A stretch of DNA of 64,000 nucleotides, from assembly GCA_963840455.1 (NCBI GenBank), contig CAWIYV010000014.1, forward strand, positions 64,001 to 128,000. The letters run 5' to 3'. This document shows, one piece after another, positions 41,884 through 53,849 of this stretch. How positions within the stretch are numbered: the first letter of the stretch is position 1; every line of letters starts with the position of its first letter. This stretch comes from Nitrospirota bacterium. Lineage in GTDB: Bacteria > Nitrospirota > UBA9217. The notes under the pieces were generated by a model. The model worked only from the letters and a program-made list of their open reading frames with translations. It made no database searches and was not told the origin of the DNA. The position numbers and the translations under genes are program-made.

Positions 41884-41975
41884 ACCAGGAGCCAGAATAC
41901 AGGAGTCGGAAAAATGGCAAGGATTAGGTGTTGTGCTCTTTTCCTGGATTCTGGCTCCTGTCTTCTGACTCCTGC
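41884..41975. repeat. Intergenic inverted repeat with 7-bp periodic arms
   Basis: CAGGAGCCAGAATACAGGAGTC ... CTGGATTCTGGCTCCTGTCTTCTGACTCCTG. Confidence 0.7.
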
Positions 41976-41976
41976 T

Positions 41977-42684
<708 letters not shown>

Positions 42685-42835
42685 GGCTGCCTTTCCCGGT
42701 CCTTTGTCCTGTGCAGGGGTAACCATGGTCTTGTTCAAGTATAGCTGAACACGCCGGCGAAGGGCGCGGGAACTGGGCAGAGGAATGGTCCGCGAGGTGT
42801 TTCCCGCATGTCGGCGGGACAGGAACGTCGGATCG

Positions 42836-43300
42836 TCACAGTATGCCCAAGAGATGCTGCAGCTCCTCGAGCAGCGCCGCTTGCGCCGGGATGATCTTCC
42901 GTTTTGCCTCCGCGATCGTGAACCAGTCCGCCCGGTCCGCTTCCGGGAACCGCTGCATCCATCCCGAACGGGGCGGCCATTCGAGCTCGAAGGTGTTGCT
43001 CGTGATCCTGTCCGCGTCGCAGTTGCCTTCTCCGGCCCAGGCAACAACCGTCTTGCCGCCCTTCTGGTGTACCGGCGAGAGGGGATGGAGTTCGCCGCGG
43101 TGCGAGCAGCCGGTCTCCTCCCTGAACTCCCGCAGTGCAGCGGTGAGCGGCTCCTCGCCCGGGTCGGGCAGTCCCTTGGGGATGGACCAGACGCCCTCGT
43201 CCTTCCGGGCAAAGAAAGGACCGCCCGGGTGGACCAGGAAGACCTGGAGCACACCACGTACCTTCTTATAGAGCAGTATTCCCGCGCTGGTTTTGTTCAT
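42836..43300 (-). CDS. NUDIX hydrolase
   Basis: HPGGPF..W.IPKG....EE...AA.REF.EETG and FPE.DR. Confidence 0.9.
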   Translation of the reverse strand: MNKTSAGILLYKKVRGVLQVFLVHPGGPFFARKDEGVWSIPKGLPDPGEEPLTAALREFREETGCSHRGELHPLSPVHQKGGKTVVAWAGEGNCDADRITSNTFELEWPPRSGWMQRFPEADRADWFTIAEAKRKIIPAQAALLEELQHLLGIL

Positions 43301-43406
43301 GGTAACGGCTATTCAATATTCAAATTTGATCAGTGTCAAATGCCGTTCTTAGGATACTAAGATGAAGGTCCCCGTGTCCCCGCGTCGGTTCTTCTTTGTC
43401 GGTCTC

Positions 43407-43958
43407 CTACTGGTCCTTCTCCAGGTCCTTGTTCCCGTCGATGTACTTCAGATTGAACTTGAACCCGTCGATCCACCACACGCCGTCGTTCTTGACGAGA
43501 TGGAAGTCGTAGCTGCCGACGAAAGTCCGGACGTTCCTGCCACTCCTCGTCGGGAGGTAATGGGTGGCGATGCCGTAGCAGAAAGCGTCGGCACGGTTCC
43601 CGGCCACGGTCACGATGTAGTTCCCTGCCTGGTGATGGATGGCCTTGAGGGGCTTCAGGCCTTTGTCCTATCCGTCCACGATCTGCCGGGGCGTCAGCAC
43701 CTGCGGACTGCCGCCGGCGAGTGACGTCGTGTCGAAGCGCACCTCTGGCGCGAATACGTTCTTGACCTCGCTCCAGTCGCGCTGGTCCGTGCCGATGAAC
43801 AGATGGTTGATGGTCTCGATGATCATGTCCTTGTCAGCAAGCTCCTGATACCGCTCCCGGACCTGCTGTTCGCTCGGGTCCTTCGCCGGGCCGGCAGCCG
43901 GGATTCCGCCGGCGGCCATCATGGTGAGCACGATAGCCGTTATCATTGTTCGTAGCAT
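43407..43958 (-). pseudogene. SnoaL/NTF2-like secreted protein interrupted by an in-frame TAG (43668-43670)
   Basis: The two ORF pieces are in the same frame: ...D.RDW....F...V..D....IVDG*DKGLKPLKAIHHQAGN...GSYDF.L. Confidence 0.75.
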
Positions 43959-44129
43959 ATGATCTCCTTTCCCGGTCCTCAGCCGGAGGCCCGGCTTCGG
44001 CGTGCATCCTATATTTATTATATAGTATACTGCCGGCGCGGCGCGCTCCGGCAGGGCATCTCAAACCTTTACTTCGTCGCGGCGGCTGTCTATAATGTAA
44101 TCATTCCACGGACAGGACAGGAGAGGACT

Positions 44130-45209
44130 ATGATCAGAAGACTGGGCATCCTCGTCCTCGCGTGCACGGCATTCCTCGTATTTGGCTGCAGCCATCAGAG
44201 GCCCTCGGCGACGCAGGCCGGCGGAGGTTCCGACGGCCGCCACCTGCGGAACGTCACCCAGCTTACCTTCGACGGGGACAACGGCGAGGCCTATTTCTCC
44301 GCCGACGGGAAGAAGCTCATCTTCCAGACCAGCCGGGGCGGGTACGCATGCGACAAGATCTGGACCATGAACTTCGACGGGACGGACCTGCGCATGGTCA
44401 GCCCGGACCACGGTGCGCACACCTGTTCGTTCTTCTTTCCCGACGGGAAGCGCATCGTTTTTGCCTCCACGAGCCATCTTCCCGGAGCCTGTCCTCCCAA
44501 GCCGCAGTCGCCGCCCGGCGCGCGGTACGTTTGGCCGCTCTATCCCTACGATATCTACTCGGCGGACCCCGACGGCACGGACCTCGTCCGGCTCACCACC
44601 AATCCCGCATACGACGCCGAACCGGTGGTCTCGTCCGACGGGAAGCGGATCGTTTTCGGCTCCCAGCGTGACGGGAACTTCGACGTCTATGTCATGAACA
44701 GCGACGGATCGAACGTGCGGCGGCTCACGGAGCGGATGGGCTACAACGGCGGGCCGTGGTTCTCTCCTGACGGGACCAAGATCGTCTGGCGGGCATGGTA
44801 CCCTGAGAGTTCGGCGGAAAAGGCCCAGTGGAAGGACTGCATGGAGAAGAACTATATCCTCGCTTTTCCCCTGGACCTCTGGGTGATGGACAGCGACGGC
44901 TCGAACAAGCGGCTGCTTCTCCGGAACGGCGCGACCAACTTCGCGCCGTCATGGCACCCCGACGGCAGGCGCATCATCTTCGCGAGCAACAAGGATGACT
45001 GGCGGGAAGACATCAGGCAGTACGGCCACAACTTCGAGCTCTACCTCATCAACATCGACGGCACTGGCCTGGAGCGCATCACCTACAACACGACCTTCGA
45101 TTCCTTCCCCATGTTCTCGCCTGACGGAAGGAAGCTGGTCTGGGCCTCGAACCGGAACCCCGACAAGCCGCGGCAGACGGATATCTACATCGCTGACTGG
45201 GTGGAGTAA
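44130..45209 (+). CDS. TolB-like PD40-repeat lipoprotein
   Basis: Lipobox VFGC; QLTF.GDN.EAYFS.DG, YDAE...S.DG and FDSFPMFSPDG. Confidence 0.88.
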   Translation: MIRRLGILVLACTAFLVFGCSHQRPSATQAGGGSDGRHLRNVTQLTFDGDNGEAYFSADGKKLIFQTSRGGYACDKIWTMNFDGTDLRMVSPDHGAHTCSFFFPDGKRIVFASTSHLPGACPPKPQSPPGARYVWPLYPYDIYSADPDGTDLVRLTTNPAYDAEPVVSSDGKRIVFGSQRDGNFDVYVMNSDGSNVRRLTERMGYNGGPWFSPDGTKIVWRAWYPESSAEKAQWKDCMEKNYILAFPLDLWVMDSDGSNKRLLLRNGATNFAPSWHPDGRRIIFASNKDDWREDIRQYGHNFELYLINIDGTGLERITYNTTFDSFPMFSPDGRKLVWASNRNPDKPRQTDIYIADWVE

Positions 45210-45250
45210 CGACCGACAGGGGACTTGGTGACGGGGTGACAGGAGCGAAC

Positions 45251-48200
45251 ATGAAGGGAAAGGGCAAGACCTCGCCAAAGAAAAGCGCAAAGTCCGCCGG
45301 TGCTCGAAACGCGTGCAAGCGGACAGAGGAGGCATTGCGCGATTCGGACAGCAGGACACGAAGCATCGTCGAATCACTCCCGATCGGCATGCACCTGTAC
45401 CGGCTGGAGGCTGACGGCCGTCTCGTGTTCACCGGTGCCAATCCCGCGGCCGATCAGATCCTGGGTGTGGACAACAGCATCTTCGTCGGCAAGACGATCG
45501 AAGAGGCGTTCCCAGCGCTGAAAGAGACGGAGGTGCCGCAGCGGTATCGTGAGGTGGCTGCGACGGGAAAGGCCTGGCAAACGGAAAGCATCGAGTATAA
45601 GGACAATGACATCATCGGTGCGTTCGAGGTGCATGCATTCCAGACCGCACCGAATACGATGGTTGCCGTGTTCGAGGACGTTACTGCACGGAAGCAGTCT
45701 GAATTGGCCCTTCAGCAGAGCGAGGCGAAGTACCGGCGCCTCTACGACGAAACGCCGGTCCTGCTCCATTCCATAGACTGGAATGGGATCGTTGTCGAGG
45801 TGAATAATTATTGGCTCAAGACGCTCGGGTATGAGCGAGATGAGGTGATCGGCAGAAAGGTGACCGATTTTTTTACGGATGCATCGCGAAAATACGCACA
45901 AGAGGTCGTTCAGCCTGCGTTCTTTCGCGACGGCGTCATAAAGGATATATCGTACCAGTTCGTCAAGAAGAACGGCGAGGTAGTGGATGTGTTGCTCTCG
46001 GCAATGGGCGAGCGGGATGCTGCCGGTAATGTTGTCCGCTCACTGGCGGTGATCCAGGATATAACCGAGCGAAAGCGGGTCGAGGAAGCTCTTCAGGCAA
46101 GCGAGAGCCGCTATCGGGCGATCGTGGACAGCCAGACGGAGTTCGTTGTTCGCTATTTGCCGGGCGGCATTCTCACGTTCGTCAACGATACCCTCTGCCG
46201 GTATATCGGCATGAGGCGGGAAGACCTTCTGGGAAAGTCGTACTATCCTTTCATGCATCCCGATGACCGGGAGGAGTTCATCCAGAAGATTGAAGCGCTC
46301 GACCGCGATAATCCCGTCATGGTCGCCGAGGCCAGAGTTGTCCTCCCGGACGGACGGGTGACATGGCATCAGTGGACTCATCATGCGATCTTCGGGGAGC
46401 GGGGAGAGGCCGTCGAATACCAGTCCACCGGTAGGGACGTAACGGAGCTCAAGAAGGCCGCGGAACGGCTGCGGGAGAGCGAGGAAAAATTCTCGAAGAT
46501 CTACAGGAAGGCTCCGCTCCTGATCACCCTGAGCGATATTGAGACCGGCCGGTTCCTCGACGTGAACGATAGGTTCCTCGAAATATCTGGCTTCACGCGG
46601 GAAGAGGTGGTGGGCAGGACCGCCATCGAGATCGGCTGGATATCTGAGGAACAGCGGGCCCGGATGCAACAGATCCTTCGAGAACGAGGACGCGTATCCG
46701 GGATGGAACTTTCCCTGCGGCGCAGGGACGGCGGGGAAGTGGTCTGCTTGTACAACGGCGAGATAATCACGGTGGGCGGAACGCAGCGTCTACTCTCGAT
46801 CGCCCAGGACATCAGCGAGCGAAAAAAGGCCGAAAGCGACCTGGAGCTGTTCAAGAACCTCATCAACAGGTCCAGCGAGGCGATATTCGTCAACGATCCG
46901 CAGACCGGCCGGTTCGTTGATATGAACGACCGGGCATGCTCAAGTCTGGGCTATAGCCGCGATGAGCTGTTGAAGATGGGGGTCCGGGACATTGAAGGCA
47001 TTTTTTCCGACGCTCGCGCCTGGCAGGAGCACGTGGCGGACGTAAGACGCCGGGGTTCTCTCCTGCTGGAAGGCATGCATAAGAAAAAAGACGGGACCGC
47101 GTTCCCGGTGGAAATAAGCGTCGACTATGTCGAACTGGGCGCGGCGGAATATATGATCGCGGTCGTCCGCGACGTTTCGGAACGGAAACAGGCCGATGAG
47201 GCGCTGCGCGAGCGGGAACGGCAGCTCGCCGAATCCCAGCGCATCGCACATGTCGGGAGCTGGCAACATAATATGAAGACGAGTCGTGTGGTCTGGTCCG
47301 ATGAACTGTTCCGCCTTCTCGGCCTCGATCCTCGCAAGGACCCGGCGGACTTCAAGATGTTCTTCGAGATGCTACATCCCGAGGACCAGCTCATCCTGAA
47401 GAATGCGATCGATACGACGCTCAGGGAAAAGAAACCGTTCAGCATCGAGTACCGATTCGTCCTCAGGGACGGAACTACGCGGACCATCCTTGCCCAGGCC
47501 GAGCTCATTCCCGATGATGCGGGCGAACTGGTCATCTTGAGCGGGACCGCCCAGGACATCACCGATCGGAAGCGCGCGGAAGAAGAGAACGACCGTCTTG
47601 CCAGAGCGGTCTCTATTGTTACGGAAGGCATCGCCGTGACGGATGAACAGGACCGATTCATCTATCTCAACGATGCCCATGCGAAGACTTATGGATATGT
47701 CCAGAGCGAACTCATGGGGAAGACCTGGCGCGATCTCACTCCACGCGAGTTCGTCCCATTGATAGAGCCAGAGCTCGCGCGAACGCTGCACAGCAGGGAG
47801 AGCGGCATTTGGAGCGGCGAATCCCCCGGATTGTGCAAGGACGGGACCAGGATCGCCACCGAGATCACTGCCACGGCCCGGTGGAATGAGAAGGGGGAAT
47901 ACGCGGGCCACATATGCGTGGTGCGAGACGTCACGGAGCGGAAACGGGTGGAGGAGGAACTGCGGGAAAAGGAGAGCAAGTACCGGACACTCTTCGAGGC
48001 CGCGAATGACGGGATCTTCATTCAGGACAGTACCGGCTTCAGGGACTGCAACCAGCGGGGCGCCGAGATGTATGGGCTTCGGAAGGAGGAGATCATCGGC
48101 CGCTCGCCGGGCGATTTTGCACCCGAGCGGCAGCCCAATGGCCGGCTTTCGGCCGAAGTGGCCGGCGAGAAGGTCCGGGCCGCGCTGAACGGCGTTCCCC

Positions 48201-49465
48201 AGGTGTTCGAATGGCAGCCGCTGCGCGCTGACGGCAGCGCCTTCGATGTGGAGATCACGCTGAGCCGGCTCGAACTGGGCGGCAAGGTGTGCCTGCAGGC
48301 GATCGTCCGTGATATCAGCGAACGGAAGCGGCTGGATCAGGAACGTCTCAAGTCCGAGAAGCTCCAATCCATAGGGACGCTTGCCGGCGGCATCGCCCAC
48401 GACTTTAACAACCTCCTGCAGGGCGTGTTCGGCTACATCTCCATGGCGAAGCTGACCCATGACCAGAAGGAGAAGTCACTGTCCATGCTCGAACAGGCCG
48501 AAAAGGCGCTCCACCAGTCCGTGAGCCTCACCTCCCAGCTCCTGACCTTCTCGAAGGGCGGGAAGCCGTTGAAGAAGGTGATCGATCTCAAGCCGTTGAT
48601 CGAGAATGCAGTGAAGTTCGCTCTCAGCGGGTCCCGTGTCGACTATGCGCTATCCATCGACGACGACCTTCGTCCTGTCGAGGCGGATGAAGGCCAGCTC
48701 GGCCAGGTGGTCCAGAACATCGTATTGAACGCGGAACAGGCCATGCCGCTGGGCGGGAGGATCGAGATCGCGGCACGGAACGTCCTGGCGCCGTCCCTCG
48801 CCGGAGTGCCGGAAGCCTCCTCGGGCGATCTTGTGGAGATCACGGTCAGGGACCAGGGCATAGGCATCCCCCCGGAGCACCTGCCGAAGATCTTCGACCC
48901 CTATTTCACGACGAAGGAAAAGGGGAGCGGGCTGGGGCTCGCCACGACCTATTCCATCATCAAGAACCATGATGGCGATATCAATGTATCATCCGTGCTT
49001 GGCAAAGGAACGACGTTCACGGCCTATTTTCCCGCGGCAGGACAGGAGGCGGAAGGAGCGGCGAGCCCGGCGGATCCCCGGACCGTGCGGAAGGGCCGGG
49101 TCCTGGTGATGGACGACGAGGAACTGGTCAGGAAGGTCGCGTACGAACTGCTGACCGGCCTGGATCACGAAGCGGAGCTTGCGGTGCACGGCGGCGAGGC
49201 CGTCGAGAAATACCAGCAGGCGAAGGCGGCGGGACGGCCGTTCGATGTCGTGATCCTTGACCTCACCATCCGCGGCGGCATGGGCGGCGAAGAGACCATG
49301 CGGAAACTGCTGGAGATCGATCCCGGTGTGAAGGCGATCGTGTCGAGCGGCTACTCGAATGACAGCGTCGTGGCGAACTACCGCGACCACGGCTTTGCCG
49401 CATTCCTGAAGAAACCCTACGATCTTACGGACCTGCAAGCGACGCTGAACGCTCTCCTGAGGTGA
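45251..49465 (+). CDS. Cytoplasmic hybrid sensor histidine kinase (~8 PAS domains, HisKA, HATPase, REC)
   Basis: Repeated DITERK-type PAC ends, LAGGIAHDFNNLL, D.G.GI..FDPYFTTK..GSGLGL, and REC motifs VMDDE...DLTI. Confidence 0.93.
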   Translation: MKGKGKTSPKKSAKSAGARNACKRTEEALRDSDSRTRSIVESLPIGMHLYRLEADGRLVFTGANPAADQILGVDNSIFVGKTIEEAFPALKETEVPQRYREVAATGKAWQTESIEYKDNDIIGAFEVHAFQTAPNTMVAVFEDVTARKQSELALQQSEAKYRRLYDETPVLLHSIDWNGIVVEVNNYWLKTLGYERDEVIGRKVTDFFTDASRKYAQEVVQPAFFRDGVIKDISYQFVKKNGEVVDVLLSAMGERDAAGNVVRSLAVIQDITERKRVEEALQASESRYRAIVDSQTEFVVRYLPGGILTFVNDTLCRYIGMRREDLLGKSYYPFMHPDDREEFIQKIEALDRDNPVMVAEARVVLPDGRVTWHQWTHHAIFGERGEAVEYQSTGRDVTELKKAAERLRESEEKFSKIYRKAPLLITLSDIETGRFLDVNDRFLEISGFTREEVVGRTAIEIGWISEEQRARMQQILRERGRVSGMELSLRRRDGGEVVCLYNGEIITVGGTQRLLSIAQDISERKKAESDLELFKNLINRSSEAIFVNDPQTGRFVDMNDRACSSLGYSRDELLKMGVRDIEGIFSDARAWQEHVADVRRRGSLLLEGMHKKKDGTAFPVEISVDYVELGAAEYMIAVVRDVSERKQADEALRERERQLAESQRIAHVGSWQHNMKTSRVVWSDELFRLLGLDPRKDPADFKMFFEMLHPEDQLILKNAIDTTLREKKPFSIEYRFVLRDGTTRTILAQAELIPDDAGELVILSGTAQDITDRKRAEEENDRLARAVSIVTEGIAVTDEQDRFIYLNDAHAKTYGYVQSELMGKTWRDLTPREFVPLIEPELARTLHSRESGIWSGESPGLCKDGTRIATEITATARWNEKGEYAGHICVVRDVTERKRVEEELREKESKYRTLFEAANDGIFIQDSTGFRDCNQRGAEMYGLRKEEIIGRSPGDFAPERQPNGRLSAEVAGEKVRAALNGVPQVFEWQPLRADGSAFDVEITLSRLELGGKVCLQAIVRDISERKRLDQERLKSEKLQSIGTLAGGIAHDFNNLLQGVFGYISMAKLTHDQKEKSLSMLEQAEKALHQSVSLTSQLLTFSKGGKPLKKVIDLKPLIENAVKFALSGSRVDYALSIDDDLRPVEADEGQLGQVVQNIVLNAEQAMPLGGRIEIAARNVLAPSLAGVPEASSGDLVEITVRDQGIGIPPEHLPKIFDPYFTTKEKGSGLGLATTYSIIKNHDGDINVSSVLGKGTTFTAYFPAAGQEAEGAASPADPRTVRKGRVLVMDDEELVRKVAYELLTGLDHEAELAVHGGEAVEKYQQAKAAGRPFDVVILDLTIRGGMGGEETMRKLLEIDPGVKAIVSSGYSNDSVVANYRDHGFAAFLKKPYDLTDLQATLNALLR

Positions 49466-49599
49466 GTGAGGGCCCCATCCCGCAATGTCTCCCGGACCCG
49501 TTCATGAGCGGCGCCGGCGTGCGTGAGTGCGGAGTCGGGGGGAATCAGTGGCAACAAGAACGAAGAATGCGAGGTCAATCGCGAAGGAGAACGCGTGAC

Positions 49600-50835
49600 A
49601 TGAAGCGATCCAGGAACGCCTTGTTGATCATGATCATGCTGGCCATGTGTGTGGGTCCGGCCGGTGCACAGGTAGCGATCGAGCCCGAGGGCATGATGGC
49701 GACGGTGATGTACCTTGCGGACGAGAAATTTCGCGGGCGCGGCATCGGTAGTCCCGAGCTGGACCAGGTCGCCACGTTCATCGCGACAAAGTTCGAGTCG
49801 GTCGGCCTTCTGCCGGGCGGGGAATCGGGCGGCAGCTGGTACCAGGAATGGGTAGACCCAGACACGAAGATGAGGATGCGGAACGTGGTAGGCGTCCTTC
49901 CGGGCAGGAACCCGGAGCTTGCGCGTGAAAGCGTGGTCATCGGCGCGCACTACGACCATCTCGAAAGGAAAAGCGCATCAAAGGAGAACGATGGAAAGGT
50001 GCACCCCGGAGCAGACGACAACGCCAGCGGCGTCGCGGTGCTGCTCGAAATGGCGTCACGGCTTACGCTGGTAGCAAACATGGAGCGGCCCATCGTGTTC
50101 GTCGCCTTCACCGCCGAGGAAACCGGCAGGAAAGGGTCCCGGTATTTCGTCCAGAACGAGAAGCGATACCCCGTGTCCAGGGCCACGGGTATGATCAACC
50201 TTGATACGGTCGGGCGGCTCGGAAAAGGCAAGCTGATCATCCTTGGCGCAGCGTCTGCGAAGGAGTGGGGAACGCTCTTCCAGGAGGCCGCCAAGCCCCT
50301 GAAGCTCGAGATCGCAGAATCGGCGCAGGACCTGGATTCGAGCGACCAGAAGAGCTTCCACGAGGCAGGCGTCCCGGCGGTGCAGCTTTTCACGGGTCCC
50401 CATCTTGACTATCACCGGCCCACTGACACTGCGGACAGGATCGACGGCAAGGGGCTCGCGAAGATCGCGATGGTGACCCGGACCGTTGCCTTCACCCTGG
50501 CGAACCTCTCTGCTCCGCTCACGCGGACCATCATGGCGGCGCCGGGTGCTGTCCCCGGGCCGCGCATTGAGAGGAAAGTGACCATCGGTGCCATCCCGGA
50601 TTTCACCTACAACGAACAGGGGGTACGGCTCAGCGGGACCCAGCCGGGCGGTCCGGCCGAGGCGGCAGGGATGAAGCAGGGGGACATCATCATCCAGGCG
50701 GGAACAGCTCCCATCTCGGTGCTGAAGGACCTTTCCGATGTGTTGAAGACGAAGCAGCCGGGGGACAGGCTCCCGGTCAGGTTCCTGCGGAACGGGAGAG
50801 AGATGAAGACCGAGCTTGAGGTGAAGGAGCGGTAA
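49600..50835 (+). CDS. M28 family peptidase with C-terminal PDZ domain
   Basis: IGAHYDH, GADDNASG, FTAEE.G..GS, NLD.VG, SDQ.SF and YHRPTD; PDZ G.IPD..G..A..AG...GD. Confidence 0.9.
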   Translation: MKRSRNALLIMIMLAMCVGPAGAQVAIEPEGMMATVMYLADEKFRGRGIGSPELDQVATFIATKFESVGLLPGGESGGSWYQEWVDPDTKMRMRNVVGVLPGRNPELARESVVIGAHYDHLERKSASKENDGKVHPGADDNASGVAVLLEMASRLTLVANMERPIVFVAFTAEETGRKGSRYFVQNEKRYPVSRATGMINLDTVGRLGKGKLIILGAASAKEWGTLFQEAAKPLKLEIAESAQDLDSSDQKSFHEAGVPAVQLFTGPHLDYHRPTDTADRIDGKGLAKIAMVTRTVAFTLANLSAPLTRTIMAAPGAVPGPRIERKVTIGAIPDFTYNEQGVRLSGTQPGGPAEAAGMKQGDIIIQAGTAPISVLKDLSDVLKTKQPGDRLPVRFLRNGREMKTELEVKER

Positions 50836-51456
50836 CAGTATCTTGTCAGTGAATATCATCGAGCTGCGACGAAGTAACACATCGCCTTCTCTTGCATCGT
50901 GAACGAATCAGAGGTGGTCCCTCTGTCGTTGCGAGCCACCGTAGGGGAGCACGCACAGTCGCTGCAAAAGGAGTGATAGCCCCGTCGCTCTGCTCCCTGC
51001 AAGGATACAACGGCGGTGCTTCTTTATAATTACGGCGGCGATGAACACGTTATTATTCCTACCCTTCAATCCTTTCCATCACCTTCCCTAATTTGTTCCA
51101 GTCCTATTCCCGCAGGTTCACGGGGAAACATGTTCTTCCATTGATAACCTGAACATAAAGCGCAAAGCCGGCCAGGAACTGATTCATGCCAGGATTGCCG
51201 GAAAGAATATGCTTGATTTGGAAACTATTTAATTTGGTAAAATATAAAAAAAATGGTTGACAAAGAGGGATTCGAGTGGTAATGTGGTTGTCATAAATAT
51301 GAGGCTTCGTAAGCCTAAGCAATATAATGGATTTAGAGAAAAGGAATTGAGTTGACGAGTACCTCAAGGGAAATTGACGAGACCGGAGTGTACGAACAAG
51401 AGCAGGAAAATAGAACGTATTCGTGAAGTAATTCCATTATAGGGAGGAGTATTATC

Positions 51457-51918
51457 ATGAAAAAGCTGGTTATGTTCGGGATGGTTGTGATGGTGTTGCT
51501 CGGTTTCGCAGGCAAGGGCTTCACAGCGGGTAAACACGGGACAGCAGCCGAGGCGGAGGCAATGGTGAAGAAGGCGATAGCGATGGCAAAGGCCAAGGGG
51601 AATGAGGCCACGTTCGCCGAGATCAACAACCCGAAGGGGCAGTTCACCGACCGGGACCTGTACGTGTTCGTCTATGACATGAATGGCAAGTGCGTTGCCC
51701 ACGGACAGAACCTCAAGATGATCGGCAAGGAACTGATTGAAATGAAGGATGCCGATGGCAAGGAATTCGTCAAGGAACGGGTCGAGATCGCAAAGACCAA
51801 AGGCAGCGGATGGCAGGATTACAAGTTCACTGATCCGCTCACCAAGAAGATCGAACCGAAACGGGCGTATATCGAGCGGCATGGTGATCTCATCTTTGGA
51901 AGCGGCATCTATAAATAG
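51457..51918 (+). CDS. Stand-alone single Cache domain protein
   Basis: Signal peptide, LYVFVYD..G..VAH, GK......DADGK and GW.DY....P....E.K..Y....GSG.Y. Confidence 0.88.
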   Translation: MKKLVMFGMVVMVLLGFAGKGFTAGKHGTAAEAEAMVKKAIAMAKAKGNEATFAEINNPKGQFTDRDLYVFVYDMNGKCVAHGQNLKMIGKELIEMKDADGKEFVKERVEIAKTKGSGWQDYKFTDPLTKKIEPKRAYIERHGDLIFGSGIYK

Positions 51919-51999
51919 GTGAAGACGACGGCGGCAGAGCTATTGCGAAAGGCCTGCCGCCGTTCGATCAAGGCATGTGAAACACGAGGAGGATGCTCC

Positions 52000-53748
52000 A
52001 TGGATATCAAGACCCGCATCAATAATCTGAGCATGATGGCGAAAATACTGGTGGCGCCGGTGCTCGTTATTGTCCTTCTGGTCATGTTCGGCATTGCGTC
52101 CTATCTGGGCTTGAACACCCAGAAAAGCGCCTTGAACGACATTTTCAACAATCGGTTCAAGAGCTATAAGGTAAGCGCGAAGCTCGCGAATGACCTGACC
52201 GATGTTCACATGAGCACCTACCGGATCCTGAGTTGGGAGACGGCCCGGTATGATCGTGCCAAGATCAACGCACTGGGCAAGAAGCAGCTCGAGACCCTGA
52301 AACGTGCCGTCGAAACGGTACAGTCGGGCGTTGATTCGAAATCGGCAACGGCCGAGGAAAAGAAGATATATGAATCAATGATGAAGGAAATGATCGATTA
52401 TCAAAAGGCGATCATCTCGGCGATCGACCTGGCTGATTCAGATCTGAACTTTGCTACCATGTTCATGGCAAAGGCGGACGCGGATTTCGAGCAGGTCGAT
52501 AAGGTCATGCACGAGCTTATGGAAATGGAAGAGAAAGTGAGCGCGGAAACGTACGCGGGCGCCATGAAGACCTTCAGCAGGGTCATCGCGATCATGGCCG
52601 TGGTCCTGCTTGGCGCGGTTGCGCTGTCATTTGCCGTGAGCGTCATTATTGCCCGGAGCGTAACGAAGGTCCTGGGTGCAGAACCTCATGCTATCGCGTC
52701 GATCGCGAAAAGTATCGCAGGCGGCGATCTGACTCTGCGCTTCAGTTCGACCGGGGCAGCGGAGAGTGTATATGCCGACATGCGAAAAATGGCGGAGAAA
52801 TTGAAGGAAGTGGTGGCTGATGTTAAATCGTCTGCCGACAACGTTGCGTCCGGCAGCCAACAGATGTCATCGGGGGCGGAGCAGTTGTCGCAGGGCACGA
52901 CGGAGCAGGCGGCAAATGCGGAGGAAGCATCGTCGTCGGTGGAAGAGATGAACGCCACGATCCGGCAGAATGCGGACAACGCGATGCAGACCGAAAAAAT
53001 AGCGCGCAAGAGTGCCAACGATGCCCTGGAAAGCGGCAAGGCAGTGACCGAAGCGGTCAATGCTATGAAGGACATCGCCGAAAAGATCTCCATTATCGAG
53101 GAGATCGCCCGGCAGACCAACCTGCTTGCCCTGAATGCGGCGATCGAGGCTGCCCGGGCCGGAGAGCATGGGAAGGGGTTCGCGGTCGTGGCGGCAGAGG
53201 TCAGAAAGCTTGCCGAACGGAGCCAGATAGCCGCTGCTGAGATCAGCCAGTTGTCGGGTACCAGTGTTGGCGTTGCCGAGCAGGCCGGGGCCATGCTGGC
53301 CAAGCTTGTGCCGGACATCCAAAAGACCTCGGAACTGGTCCAGGAGATCACGGCAGCCTCAAAGGAGCAGTCCGGCGGCGCGGACCAGATCAACAGCTCG
53401 ATTCAGCAATTGAACCAGGTGGTGCAGCAGAATGCCGGAGCTGCCGAAGAGATGTCATCGACGGCAGAGGAGCTCTCCTCCCAGGCAAGCCAGCTCATGG
53501 AGACCATTGCCTTCTTCAAGGTCGACGGTGATCTGCGTACGGCGATCCCGGAAAAGGATGCGCCCCAGATCGCGCATCATGCGCCTGGGTCCAGGATACA
53601 CGCGAACCGGAAACAGAAGATGAAGAGAACCGCAGCAACTGCCGCTGCCGAACGGAGGGGCGTATCGCTGGTCCTTGCGCCCGGTGGGAATGGGATGAAC
53701 AACGTGAGCGAGGGCGACGCCCGGGACGCGGAGTTCGAAAAATTCTAA
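52000..53748 (+). CDS. Methyl-accepting chemotaxis protein
   Basis: Two TMs with a helical periplasmic domain; [40 protein letters not shown]. Confidence 0.95.
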   Translation: MDIKTRINNLSMMAKILVAPVLVIVLLVMFGIASYLGLNTQKSALNDIFNNRFKSYKVSAKLANDLTDVHMSTYRILSWETARYDRAKINALGKKQLETLKRAVETVQSGVDSKSATAEEKKIYESMMKEMIDYQKAIISAIDLADSDLNFATMFMAKADADFEQVDKVMHELMEMEEKVSAETYAGAMKTFSRVIAIMAVVLLGAVALSFAVSVIIARSVTKVLGAEPHAIASIAKSIAGGDLTLRFSSTGAAESVYADMRKMAEKLKEVVADVKSSADNVASGSQQMSSGAEQLSQGTTEQAANAEEASSSVEEMNATIRQNADNAMQTEKIARKSANDALESGKAVTEAVNAMKDIAEKISIIEEIARQTNLLALNAAIEAARAGEHGKGFAVVAAEVRKLAERSQIAAAEISQLSGTSVGVAEQAGAMLAKLVPDIQKTSELVQEITAASKEQSGGADQINSSIQQLNQVVQQNAGAAEEMSSTAEELSSQASQLMETIAFFKVDGDLRTAIPEKDAPQIAHHAPGSRIHANRKQKMKRTAATAAAERRGVSLVLAPGGNGMNNVSEGDARDAEFEKF

Positions 53749-53754
53749 CAGACG

Positions 53755-53832
53755 GGAGTCAGAATACAGAAGCCAGAAGTCAGGAGGACTGCAATTCTCC
53801 GAGCGCCTGGATACTGGCTGCTGACTGCTGAT
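53755..53832. repeat. Intergenic inverted repeat with 7-bp periodic arms
   Basis: GAGTCAGAATACAGAAGCCAGAAGTCAGGAG ... CTGGATACTGGCTGCTGACTGCTG. Confidence 0.65.
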
Positions 53833-53849
53833 CGTGACAGGAGGCTGTC

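Noticed and set aside
43668-43670. Pyrrolysine recoding of TAG
   Set aside because: No pyl genes are in the window, and a single-base Trp nonsense change is the simpler explanation.
50924-51010. Degenerate GTCxTTGCGAG...GCAAxGA REP-like palindrome
   Set aside because: A single, heavily decayed copy in this window; insufficient support.
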